Below, in pieces: positions 25,801-38,615 of a DNA stretch of 64,000 nucleotides. The stretch is from Eledone cirrhosa. Taxonomy: Eukaryota. Location: assembly GCA_964016885.1 (NCBI GenBank), contig OZ024740.1, positions 243,660,001-243,724,000 of the forward strand, read 5' to 3'. Under the pieces are notes generated by a model. It was not told where the DNA came from and searched no databases. It worked only from the letters and a program-made list of their open reading frames with translations. The position numbers and the translations under genes were made by a program. The first letter of the stretch is position 1, and every line of letters begins with the position of its first letter.

Positions 25801-28800
25801 GTCGCTCCATAGCTCAGTAGGTTAAAACACCAACTAGTAATATGGCGAACATGTGTTCAATACACCCACGATCCTTCGCTCGCTATTTTTCGTAATTTTG
25901 GTACGTTAAATTGAGATTTTTTGTGCTTTTTGTTATTTTAGATTATCAGTTTTAATATTTCAGGTTTATAGTTAACCAACAATGGCTCCATAGCTCAGTT
26001 GGTAGAGCGCCAGTCTAGTAAACTGGAGCTCGATGGTTCGATTACCTCTCAAGCCGCCTCTTGCTATTTTTCATGCTATTACTTTATTATTTATTTATTA
26101 ATTTTTTTTACAGTAATAAATTGATATTTATAACAGTAAAAACAGTTTTACAGGTAAAGAAGAATAAATTAGATTGTGGCGAATAAGAAAATGTAAAAAA
26201 AAGGAAGAGGGAAGAAAAGGGCAAGGGCTCACGGAAGAATAGTGAGGGGGAAAGGGGCAGTTGATTGGGTTGGGAGCCTTGCGCCCGACGGTAATGTGAC
26301 TACGCTCCCGGGACAACAGTACAAAAGCATTACCGTGTGCGTTTTACTATTTCAGGTCAGTAATTCCGCAACTTCATACATTGCGCAGTAGGTTAGAGTA
26401 TCAATCTAGTAATATGGGGGTATTGTGTACGAATCTCCCCCCCCCCCGCCTTCTTTCGCTATTTTTTACTGATCTTTTTAGTTTAGATTTTTTGTGTTTT
26501 TCGTTATTTTAGATTGTTATGGCTAATATTTCAGGCCCCGTCGCTCAGTTGGTTAGAGCGCCAGTCTAGAAAACTGGAGGTCGAGAGTTCGAATCCCACT
26601 GGGGCCTGCTTTTGCTATTTTTCTTTTTAGTATTTCAGGTTGACAGTTTTAATATTTCAGGTTTATAACTCGCAAACAATGGCTCTATAGCTCGGTTGGT
26701 TAGAGCGCCGGTCTAGTAAACTACAAGTCGGTGGTTCAATTACCCTCAAGCCGTCTCATACTATTTTTCATGTTATTACTTTTTTTTTTTCTTTTTTTTT
26801 TTTTTTACAGCAATAAATTGATATTTATAACAGTAAAAACAGTTTTACAGGTAAAGAAGAATAAATTAGATTGTGGCGAATAAGAAAATGTATAAAAAAG
26901 GAAGAGGGAAGAAAAGGGCAAGGGCTCACGGAAGAATGCTGAAGAGGGGAAAGTGAGGGTGATTGGGTTGGGAGTCTTGCGCCCGACGGTAATGTGACTA
27001 CGCTCCGGGGACAACAGTACAAAAGCATTACCGTGTGCGTTTTACTATTTCAGGTCAATAATTCTGCAACTCCATACATAGCGCAGTAGGTTAGGGTATC
27101 AATCAAGTAATATGGTGCACATGTGTTTGAATCACCCACGAGCCTTCTTTCGCAATTTCTCATAATTTTCGTACTTTACATTGTGATCTTCCTATTTTTT
27201 TAAATTTTACATTTTCAGATTTACGTACCACCAACAATGGCCACCAGATTTCAGATTTACGTACCACCAACAATGGCCAGATACCTCGGTTGGTTAGAGC
27301 GCCAATGAAGGGTTCGAATACCCCTCGAGACTTCTATAAAACACCAGTAATGCACTGGAATAATTGATGGTGTTGTAGCAAAAGTCGAAACAATTAATTT
27401 ACATTGTCAGTTTTAATAATTCAGGTCGGCGATCCGGCAACTGTCGCTCCATAGCTTAGTAGGTTAAAACACCAACTAGTAATATGGGGAACATGTGTTC
27501 AATACACCCACGATCCTTCGTTCGCCATTTTTCGTAATTTTCGTACATTAATTGAGATTTTTTGTGCTTTTTGTTATTTTAGATTATCAGTTTTAATATT
27601 TCAGGTTTATAGTATACCAACAATGGCTCCATAGCTCAGTTGGTTAGAGCGCCAGTCTAGTAAACTGGAGGTCGAGGGTTCGAATCCCACTGGAGTCTGC
27701 TTTTTTTTTTTTTTTTTTTTTTAGTATTTCAGGTCGTCAGTCTTAATATTTCAGGTTTATAACTTGCAAACAATGGCTCCATAGCTCTGTTGGTTAGAGC
27801 GGCGGTCTAGTAAACTAGAGGTCGATGGTTTGATTACCCCTCAAGCCGCCTCTTGCTATTTTTCATGCTTTTATTTATTTTTTTACAGTAATAAATTGGG
27901 TTGTGAGCCTTGCGCCCGACGGTAATGTGACTACGCTCCCGCGACAACAGTACAAAAGCATTACCGTGTCCGTTTTACTATTTCAGGTCAGTAATTCCGC
28001 AACTTCATACATAGCGCAGTAGGTTAGGGTATCAATCTAGAAATATGGGGAAATGTGTTCGAATCACCGACGAGCCTTCTTTCGCTATTTCTCAGAATTC
28101 TTGTACTTTACATTGCGATTTTCCTATTTTTAAAAATTTTACATTGTCAGATTTACGTACCACCAACAATGGCCACCAGATTTCAGATTTACGTACCACC
28201 AACAATTGGCAGATACCTCGGTTGGTTAGAGCGCCAATGAAGGGTTCGAATACCCCTCGAGACTTCTATAAAACACCAGTAATGCACTGGAATAATTGAT
28301 GGTGTTGTAGCAAAAGTAGAAACAATTAATTTACTTTGTCAGTTTTAATATTTCAGGTAGGCGATCCGGCAACTGTCGCTCGATAGCTCAGTAGGTTAAA
28401 ACACCAACTAGTAATATGGCGAACATGTGTTCAATACACCCACGATCCTTCGTTCGCTATTTTTCGTAATTTTGGTACATTAATTGAGATTTGTTGTGTT
28501 TTTTGTTATTTTAGATTATCATGTTTTAATATTTCAGGGTTATAGTATACAAACAATGGCTCCATACTCAGTTGGTAAGAGCGCCAGTCTAGTAACCTGA
28601 AGGTCGAGGGTTCGAATCCCTCTGGAGCCTGCTTTTGCTATTTTTCTTTTTAGTATTTGTTGTCAGTTTTGATATTTCAGGTTTATTATAACTTGCCAAC
28701 AGTGGCTCTATAGCTCGGTTGGTTAGAGCACTAGTCTAGTAAACTAGAAATCGAGGGTTCAAATATCCCTCGAGCCGGCTCTTGCTATTTTTCATACTAT

Positions 28801-29862
28801 TACTTTCTTATTATTTTTATGTTTTTATTTTAGCAGTAGTAAATTGAATTTATAACAGTAAAAACAGTTTTACAGGTAAAGAAGAATATATTAGATTGTG
28901 GCGAATAAGAAAATGTAAAAAAACGGAAAAGGAGAGAAGAAGGCTCACGGAAGAATAGTGAAGGGGGAAAGCGAGGGTGATTGGGCTGGGAGCCTTGCGC
29001 CCGGCGGTAATGTGACTACGCTCAGGGGACAACACTACAAAAGCATTACTGTGTGCGTTTTACTATTTCAAGCCAATAATTCTGTAACTTCATACGAAGC
29101 GCCGTAGGTTAGGGTATCAATCTAGTAATATGGCGCACATGTGTTCGAATCACCCACGAGCCTTCTTACGCTATTTCTCATAATTTTCGTACTTTACATT
29201 GTGATTTTCCTATTTTTTTATATTTTACATTTTCTGATTTACGTACCACCAACAATGGCCCGATACCTCTGTTGGTTAGAGCGCCAATGAAGGGTTCGAA
29301 GACCCCTCCAGACTTCTATAAAACACCAGTAATGCACTGGAGTAATTGCTGGTGTTGTAGCAAAAGTAGAAACAATTAATTTACATTCAATTATTTTTAT
29401 TTTTTTATTTTTACAGTAATAAATTGATATTTATAACAGTAAAAATAGTTTTACAGGTAAAGAAGAATAAATTAGACAGTGGCGAATAAGAAAATGTAAA
29501 AAAACGGAAGAGGGAAGAAAAGGGAAATGGCTCACGGAAGAATGGTGAGGGGGAAAAGGGCGGTTGATTGGGTTGGGAGCCTTGCGCCCGGCGGTAAGGT
29601 GACTACGCTACCGGGACAACAGTACAAAAGCATTACCGTGTGCGTTTTACTATTTCAGGTCAGTAATTCCGCAACTTCATACATTGCGCAGTAGGTTAGG
29701 ATATCAATCTAGAAATATGGGGTAAATGTATTCGAATCACCCACGAGCCTTCTTTCGCTATTGTTCATAATTTTCAAACTTTACATTGTAATTTTCCTAT
29801 TTTTTTAATTTTACATTGTCAGATTTACGTACCACCAACAATGGCCACCAGATTTCAGATTT

Positions 29863-31070
29863 AAATAGTAAAAGTACGAAAATTATGAAAAATAGCGAAA
29901 GAAGGCTCGTGGGTGATACGAACACATTTCCCCCATATTTCTAGATTGATACCCTAACCTACTGCGCAGTGTATGAAGTTGCGGAATTACTGACCTGAAA
30001 TAGTAAAACGCACACGGTAATGCTTTTGTACTGTTGTCCCGGGAGCGTAGTCACATTACCGTGGGGCGCAAGATCCCAGCCCAATCACCCTCCCTTTCCC
30101 CCTTCATCATTCTTCCGTGAGCCCTTGCCTTTTTCTCTCCTTTTCCGTTTATTTTCATTTTCTTATTCGCCACAATCTAATATATTCTTCTTTACCTGTA
30201 AAACTGTTTTTACTGTTATAAATTCAATTTACTACTGCTAAAATTAAAAAATTAAAATAATAAAAGAGTAATAGTATGAAAAATAGCAAGAGCCGGCTCT
30301 AGGGGTATTTGAACCTTCGACCTCTAGTTTACTAGAATGGCGCTCTAACCAACTGAGCTATGGGGCCTGAAATATTAAACCTAACAATCTAAAATAACAA
30401 AAAAACACAAAAAATCTAAACTACAAAGATCAGTAAAAAATAGCGAAAGAAGGCTGGGGCAAGATTCGAACTCCATATTACTGTATTGGTGTTTCAATCT
30501 ACTAAGCTATGAAGCGACAGTTGCTGGATCGCAAACCAGAACTATTAAAACTGATAATATTAAAAAAGAAAAATGGAAGGCTCCAGAGAGATTCGAACCC
30601 GCGACCTAACCAACTGAGCTATGGAGCTATTGTTGGTATGCTAGAAACCTGAAATATTAAAACTGATAATGTAAAATAACAAAACGCACAAAAAATCTCA
30701 ATTAATGTACCAAAATTACGAAAAATAGCGAACGAAGGATCGTGGGTGTATTGAACACATGTTCGCCATATTACTAGTTGGTGTTTTAACCTACTGAGCT
30801 ATGGAGCGGCAGTTGCCGGATCGCCTACCTGAAATATTAAAACTGACAATGTAAATTAATTGTTTCTACTTTTGCTACAACACCATCAATTATTCCAGTG
30901 CATTACTGGTGTTTTATAGAAGTCTCGAGGGGTATTCGAACCCTTCATTGGCGCTCTAACCAACCGAGGTATCGGGTCATTGTTGGTGGTACATAAATCT
31001 GAAATCTGGTGGCCATTGTTGGTGGTACGTAAATCTGACAATGTAAAATTTTAAAAAATAGTAAAATCAC
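29863..31070 (-). repeat. Inverted array subunit (~1.2 kb)
   Basis: Reverse complement of array sequence (e.g. CTCTAACCAACTGAGCTATGG); forward orientation resumes at 31071. Confidence 0.9.
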
Positions 31071-31470
31071 GATTTACGTACCACCAACAATGGCCACCAA
31101 ACTTCAGATTTACGTACCACCAACAATTGCCAGATACCTCGGTTGGTTAGAGCGCCAATGAAGGGTTCGAATACCCCTCGAGACTTCTATAAAACACCAG
31201 TAATGCACTGGAATAATTGATGGTGTTGTAGCAAAAGTAGAAACAATTAATTTACATTGTCAGTTTTAATAATGCAGGTAGGCGATCCGGCAACTGTCGC
31301 TCCATAGCTCAGTAGGTTAAAACACCAACTAGTAATATGGCGAACATGTGTTCAATACACCCACGATCCTTCGTTCGCTATTTTTCGTAATTTTGGTACA
31401 TTAAATTATGATTTTTTTGTTACTTTAGATTATCAGTTTTAAGATTTCATGTGTATAGTTTGCTAACAAT

Positions 31471-31544
31471 GGCTCCGTAGCTCAGTTGGTTAGAGCGCCA
31501 GTCTAGTAAACTGGAGGTCGAGGGTTCGAATCCCTCTGGAGCCT
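31471..31544 (+). tRNA. tRNA-Thr(AGU)
   Basis: Full cloverleaf, G7-U66, TTTTTT terminator. Confidence 0.85.
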
Positions 31545-31770
31545 TCTTTTTGCTATTTTTCATCTTTTTCTTTTTTAACATTATCAATTTTAATATTTTT
31601 GGTCTGCGATCCAGCAACTGTCGCTTCATAGCTTAGTAGATTGAAACACCAATCCAGTAGAATGGAGTTCGAATCTCCCTCCAGACTTCTTTCGCTATTT
31701 TTTACTGATCTTTGTAGTTTAGATTTTTTTGTCTTTTTTATTGTTTTAGATTGTTAGCTTTATTATTTCA

Positions 31771-31844
31771 GGCTCCATAGCTCAGTTGGTTAGAGCGCCA
31801 GTCTAGTAAACTGGAGGTCGAGGGTTCGAATCCCTCTGGAGCCT
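31771..31844 (+). tRNA. tRNA-Thr(AGU), fully Watson-Crick stems
   Basis: Same sequence as 17772-17845. Confidence 0.88.
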
Positions 31845-34800
31845 TCTTTTGCTATTTTTCATCTTTTTCTTGTTTAACATCATCAGTTTTAACAGTTCTG
31901 GTCTGAGATCCAGCAACTGTCGCTTCATAGCTTAGTAGATTCAAACACCAATCCAGTAGAATGGAGTTCGAATCTCCCTCCAGACTTCTTTCGCTATTTT
32001 TTACTTGTTCTTGTATTTTAGATCGTGATGTTTCATATTTTTTGTTATTTTAGATTATCAATTTTAATATTAATAGTTTATAGTTCACCAACAGTGGCTC
32101 CATAGCTCAGTTGGTTAGAGCGCCCGTCTACTAAACTGGAAGTCGAGGATTCGAATTCCCTTTGACCCTGCTTTTGCTATTTTTCTTTTTTAATATTTCA
32201 GGATGTCAGTTTAAATATTTCAGGTTTATATCTTGCCAACAATGGCTCCATAGCTCGGTTTGTTAGAGCGCCAGTCTAGTAAACTAGAAGGCGAGGCTTC
32301 GAATACCCCTCGATCCGCTTCTTGCTATTTTTCATACTATTACTTTTTTATTATTTTAATTTTTTTATTTTAGCAGTAGTAAATTGAATTTATAACAGTA
32401 AAAACAGTTGTACAGGTAAAGAAGAATATATTAGATTGTGGCGAATTAGAAAATGTAAAAAAACGGAAAAGGAGAGAAAAAGGCCAGGGCTCACGGAAGA
32501 ATGGTGAGGGGGGAAAGGGAGGGTAATTGGTCTGGGAGCCTTGCGCCTGGCGGTAATGTAACTACGCTCCGGGGACAACAGTACAAAAGCATTACCGTGT
32601 ACGTTTTACTATTTCAGGTCAATAATTCTGCAACTCCATACATAGCGCAGTAGGTTAGGGTATCAATCTAGAAATATGGGGGAAATGTGGTCGAATCACC
32701 CACGAGCCTTCTTTCGTTATTTTTCATAATTTTCGTACTTTACATTGTGATTTTCCTATTTTTTTAAATTTTGCATCGTCAGATTTACGTACCACCAACA
32801 ATGGCCACCAGATTTCAGATTTACGTACCACCAACAATTGCCAGATACCTCGGTTGGCTAGAGCGCCATTGAAGGGTTCGAATACCCCTCGAGACTTCTA
32901 TAAAACACCAGTAATGCACTGGAATAATTGATGGTGTTGTAGCAAAAGTAGAAACAATTAATTTACATTGTCAGTTTTAGTAATTCAGGTAGGCGATCCG
33001 TCAACTGTCGCTCCATAGCTCAGTAGGTTAAAACACCAACTAGTAATATGGCGAACATGTGTTCGAATCACCCACGATCCTTCGTTCGCTATTTTACGTA
33101 ATTTTGGTACATTAAATTAAGATTTTTTATGCTTTTTGTTATTTTAGATTATCAGTTTTAATATTTCAGGTTTATAGTTCACCAACAATGGCTCCATAGC
33201 TCAGTTGGTTAGAGCGCCAGTCTAGTAAACTGAATGTCGAGGGTCGAATCCCTCTGGAGCCTTCATTTGATATTTTTCATCTTTTTCTTGTTTAACATTA
33301 TCAGTTTTAATAGTTCTGGTATGCGATCCAGCAACTGTCGCTTCATAGCTTAGTAGATTGAAACACCAATGCCGTAATATGGAGTTCGAATCTTGCCCCA
33401 GCCTTCTTTCGCTATTTTTTACTGATCTTTGTAGTTTAGACTTTTTGTCTTTTTTGCTATTTAGATTGCTAGTTTTAATTTTTCAGGTTCCATAGATCCA
33501 TAGTTAGAGCGTCAGTCTAGTAAACTGGACGTCGAGTGTTCGAATCTCCCTGGAGCCTGCTTTTTTTTGCTATTTATCTTTTTTAGTATTTCAGGTTGTC
33601 AGTTTTAATATTTCAGTTTTATAGCTTGCCAACAATCGCTCCATAGCTCGGTTTGTTAGAGCCCCAGTCTAGTAAACTGGAAGGCGAGGGTACGAATATC
33701 CCTCGAGCCGCTTCTTGTTATTTTTCATACTATTACTTTTTTATTATTTTTTATTTTTACAGTAGTAAATTGATATTTATAACAGTAAAAACATATGGGG
33801 AACATGTGTTCAATACACCCACGATCCTTCGTTCGCTATTTTACGTAATTTTGGTACATTAAATTGAGATTTGTTATGCTTTTTGTTATTTTAGATTATC
33901 AGTTTTAATATTTCAGGTTTATAGTATACCAACAATGGCTCCATAGCTCAGTTGGTTAGAGCGCCAGTCTAGTAAACTGAATGTCGAGGGTCGAATCCCT
34001 CTGGAGCCTTCTTTTGCTATTTTTAACAGTTCTGGTGTGCGATCCAGCAACTGTCGCTTCATAGCTTAATAGATTGAAACACCAATCCAGTAATATGGAG
34101 TTCGAATCTCCCCCCCAGCCTTCTTTCGCTATTTTTACTGATCTTTGTAGCTTAGATTTTTTGTGTTTTTTGTTATTTTAGATTGTTAGGTTTAATATTT
34201 CAGGCCCCATAGCTCAGTTGGTTAGAACGCCAGTCTAATAAACTGGAGGTCGAGGTTTCGAATTCCCCTGGCGCCTGCTTTTGCTATTTTTCTTGTTAGT
34301 ATTTCAGGTTGTCAGTTTTAATATTTCAGCTTGCAATCAATGGCTTCATAGCACGGTAGGTTAGAGCGCCAGTCTAGTAAACTTGAGGTCGAGGGTTCGA
34401 ATACCCCTCAAGCCGCCTCTTGCTATTTTTCCTACTATTACTTTTTTATTATTTTTATTTTTTTATTTTTACAGTAATAAATTGATATTTGTAACAGTAA
34501 AAACAGTTTTACAGGTAAAGAAGAATAAATTAGATTGTGGCGAATAAGAAAATGTAAAAAAACGGAAAAGGGAGGAAAAAGGCAATGTCTCACGGAAGAA
34601 TGTTGAGGGGGAAAGGGGAGGGTGATTGGACTGAGAGCCTTGCGCCCGGCGGTAATGTGACTACGCTCCGGAGACAACACTACAAAAGCATTACCGTGTG
34701 CGTTTTACTATTTCAGGTCAGTAATTCTGCAACTTCATACATTGCGCAGTAGGTTAGAGTATCAATCTAGAAATATGGAAGAAATGTGTTTGAATCACCC

Positions 34801-35467
34801 CCGAGCCTTCTTTCGCTATTTTTCATAATATTTCGTACTTTACATTGTGATTTTCGTATTTTTTTATATTTTACATTGTCAGATTTACGTACCACCAACA
34901 ATGGCCACCAGATTTCAGATTTATGTACCACCAACAATTGCCCGGTACCTCGGTTGGTTAGAGCGCCAATGAAGGGTTCGAATACCCCTCGAGACTTCTA
35001 TAAAACACCAGTAATGCACTGGAATAATTGATGGTGTTGTAGCAAAAGTAGAAACAATTAATTTACATTGTCAGTTTTAATATTTCAGGTCGGCGATCCG
35101 GCAACTGTCGCTCCATAGCTCAGTAGGTTAAAACACCAACTAGTAATATGGCGAACATGTCTTAAATACACCCACGATCCTTCGTTCGCTACTTTTCGTA
35201 ATTTTGGTACATTAATTGAGATTTTTTGTGCGTTTTGTTATTTTACATTATCAGTTTTTATATTTCAGATTTATAGTTAACCAACAATGGCTCCATAGCT
35301 CAGTTGGTTAGAGCGCCAGTCTAGTAAACTCGAGGTCGAAGATTCGAATCCCCCTAGAGCCTGCTTTTGCTATTTTTCTTTTCAATATTTTAGGTTCGCA
35401 GTTTTAATAATTCAGGTTTATAGCTTGCCAACAATGGCCACAGAGCTCGGTTGGTTAAAGCGCTTGT

Positions 35468-36483
35468 CTAGACTGGCGCTCTAACCAACTGAGCTATGGA
35501 GCCATTGTTGGTATACTATAAACCTGAAATATTATAACTGATAATCTAAAATAACAAAAAATACGAACATTCACTATCTAAACTACAAATATCACTAAAA
35601 AAATATCGAAAGAAGGCTGGGGGGAGATTCGAACTCCATATTACTGGATTGGTGTTTCAATGTACTAAGCTAAGAAGCGACATTTGCAGGATCGCACACC
35701 AGAACTATTAAAACTGATAATATTAAACAAGAAAAAGATAAAAAAATAGCAAAGATGACTATAGAATGATTCGAACCCGCGACCCTCAGGTTACTAGACT
35801 GGCACTCTAACCACCTGAGCCACGGAACCATTGTTGGTACACTATCAACCCGAAATATTAAAACTAGAAATCTAAAATAACAAAAAACCCAAAAATCTAA
35901 ACTACAAAAATCAGTAAAAAATAGCGAAAGAAGTCTGGAGGGAGACTCGAACTCCATATTACTGCATTGGTGTTTCAATCTACTAAGCTATGAAGCGACA
36001 GTTGCTGGATCGCTGACCAGAAATATTAAGACTGATAATGTTAAACAAGAAAAAGATGAAAAATGGCAAAAGAAGGCTTAAGGGGGCTCGAAACATCGAC
36101 CTCCAGTTTACTAGACTGGCGCTCTAACCAACTGAGCTATGAAGCCACGTTGTCAAGCTATAAACCTGACAAGCTAAAACACTAAACTAAAAAGAAAAAT
36201 AGCAAAAAGCTGGCTCCAGAGAGATTCGAACCCTCGACCTCCAGATCACTAGACTGGCGCTCTAAAAAAACTGAGCTATGGAGCCATTGTTGTTAAACTA
36301 TAAACTTGAAATATTAAAACCTACTGAGCTATGGAATTTCAGAATTACTGACCTGAAATAGTAAAACGCACACGGTAATTCTTTTGTAACTTTGTCCCCG
36401 GAGCGCCGTCACATTACCGCTGCGCCCAAAGCCCCGAGCCCAATCACCTATCCCTTTCTCCCTCATCATTCTTCCGTGAGCCC
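35468..36483 (-). repeat. Inverted array block (~1.0 kb)
   Basis: Reverse-complement tRNA monomers; left junction at the CTAG of an anticodon loop. Confidence 0.9.
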
Positions 36484-38383
36484 AACTAGTAATATGGCGA
36501 ACATGTGTTCAATACACCCACGATCCTTCGTTCACTATTTTTCGCAATTGTGGTACATTAAATTGAGATTTTTTGTATTTTTAGTTATTTTAGATTATCA
36601 GTTTTAATATTTCAGGTTTGTAGTTAACCAACAATGGCACCATAGCTCAGTTAGTTAGAACGCCAGTTTAGTAAACTAGCGGTCAAGGCTTCGAATACCT
36701 CTCGAGCCGCCACTTGCTATTTTTCATAGTATTACTTTTTTATTATTTTAATTTTTTTAATTTTTACAGTAGTAAATTGATATTTATAATAGTAAAAACA
36801 GTTTTACAGGTAAAAAGAATAAATTAGATTGAGGCGAATAAGAAAATATAAAAAAACCGAAAAGGAAAGAAAACGGCAAGGGGTCACGGAAGAATAGTGA
36901 GGGTTAAAGGGGAGGGTGATTGGGCTCGGGGCCTTGGGCCTGGCGGTAATGTGACGGCGCTCCGGGGACAAAACTACAAAAGCATTACCGTGTGCGTTTT
37001 ACTATTTTAGGTCAGTAATTCTGCAACTCCATAGCTCAGTAGATTTTAATATTTCAGGTTTATAGCCTTCCAACAATGGCTCCGTAGCTCAGGTGGTTTG
37101 AGCGCCAGTCTAGTAATCTGGAGGTCGATGTTTCGAACCCCCTTAAGCCTTCTTTTGCCATTTTTCATCTTTTTCTTGTTTAACATTATCAGTTTTAATA
37201 TTTCTGGTCTACGATCCAGCAAATGTCTCTTCATAGCTTAGTAGATTGACACACCAATCCAGTAATATGGAGTTCGAATCTCCCTTCAGCCTTCTTTCGA
37301 TATTTTTTACTGATCTTTTTTAGTTTAGATTTTTTGTGTTTTTGTTATTTTAGATTGTTAGTTTTAAAATTTCAGGTTTATAGTTTAGTAACAATGTCTC
37401 CATAGCTTTGTTGGTTAGAGCGCCAGTCTAGTAAACTGGAGATCGAATCCCTCTTGAGCCTTCTTTTGCTATTTGTTCATCTTTTTCTTGCTTAACATTA
37501 TCAGTTTTAATATTTCTGGTCTGCGATCTGGCTATTGTCGCTTCATAGCTTAGTAGATTGAAACACCAATCCGGTAATATGGAGTTCGAATCTCCCTCCA
37601 GCCTTCTTTCCTTATTTTTTTAGTGCATTTTCTAGTTTAGATAGTGATGTTTCGTATTTTTTGTTATTTTAGATTATTAGCTTTAATATTTCAGGTTTAA
37701 AGCTTTGTACCAATTGGCTCCGTTGGTTAGAGCGCCAGTCTAGTAAACGGGAGGTCGAGGGTTCGAACAACCCTCGAACCTTCTCTTGCTATTATTTATA
37801 CTATTACTTTTTTATTATTTTTACTTTTTTATTTTTACAGTAGTAAAATGATATTTATAATTATAACAGTAAAAACTGTTTAACAGGTAAAGAAGAATAA
37901 ATAGATTGAGGCGAATAAGAAAATATAAATAAACGGAAAAGGGAAGAAAAAAGGCAAGGGCTCACGGAAGAATAATGAGGGGGGAAAAGGGAGTGTGATT
38001 GGGCACGGGGCCCTGGGCCCGGCGGTAATGTGACTGCGCTCCGGGGACAACACTACAAAAGCATTACCGTGTCCGTTTTACTATTTCAGGTCAGTAATTC
38101 TGCAACTCCATAGCTCAGTAGGTTAGAGCATCAATCTAGTAATATGGCGGACATGTGTTCGAATCACCTACGAGCTTTCTTTCGCTATTTTTTTTATAAT
38201 TTTCGTACTTTACATTGTGATTTTCCTTATTTTAAAATTTGACATCGTCAGTCTTAATATTTCAGATTTACGTACCACCAACAATGGCCCCATAGCTCGG
38301 TTGGTTAGAGCGCCAATCAAGGGTTCGAATACCCCTGGAGACTTCTTTTGCTATTTTTCATCCTTTTATTATATTACATTGTC

Positions 38384-38572
38384 GGTGGATTGGCAGTATC
38401 GGTAGAAGGGCGAACGCCATGCTTTGCGGTATAGAGTTATGGCCCTTTACCGTCTGAGTTACAATTCTGCCAACGTTAAATTTGTTTTCATCCGTTAAGG
38501 GTCGATAAAATAAAACACCAGTAATGCACTGGAATAATTGCTGGTATTGTAGCAAAAGTAGAAACAATCATT
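38384..38572 (+). mobile_element. Full-length SINE inserted in the array spacer
   Basis: Matches the SINE family at 46954 and 59678; flanked by TTACATTGTC at 38374-38383 and 38573-38582 (TSD). Confidence 0.85.
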
Positions 38573-38615
38573 TTACATTGTCAGTTTTAATATTTCAGGT
38601 CGGCGATCCGGCAAC

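Noticed and set aside
456-38567. Dozens of recurring 60-100 aa ORFs in the array (MSPERSHIT..., ...ISDLRTTNNGHQ..., MKRQL...)
   Set aside because: They recur only because the DNA repeats. Copies are freely frameshifted, several are antisense tRNA translations, many lack a true ATG, and no domain is recognisable.
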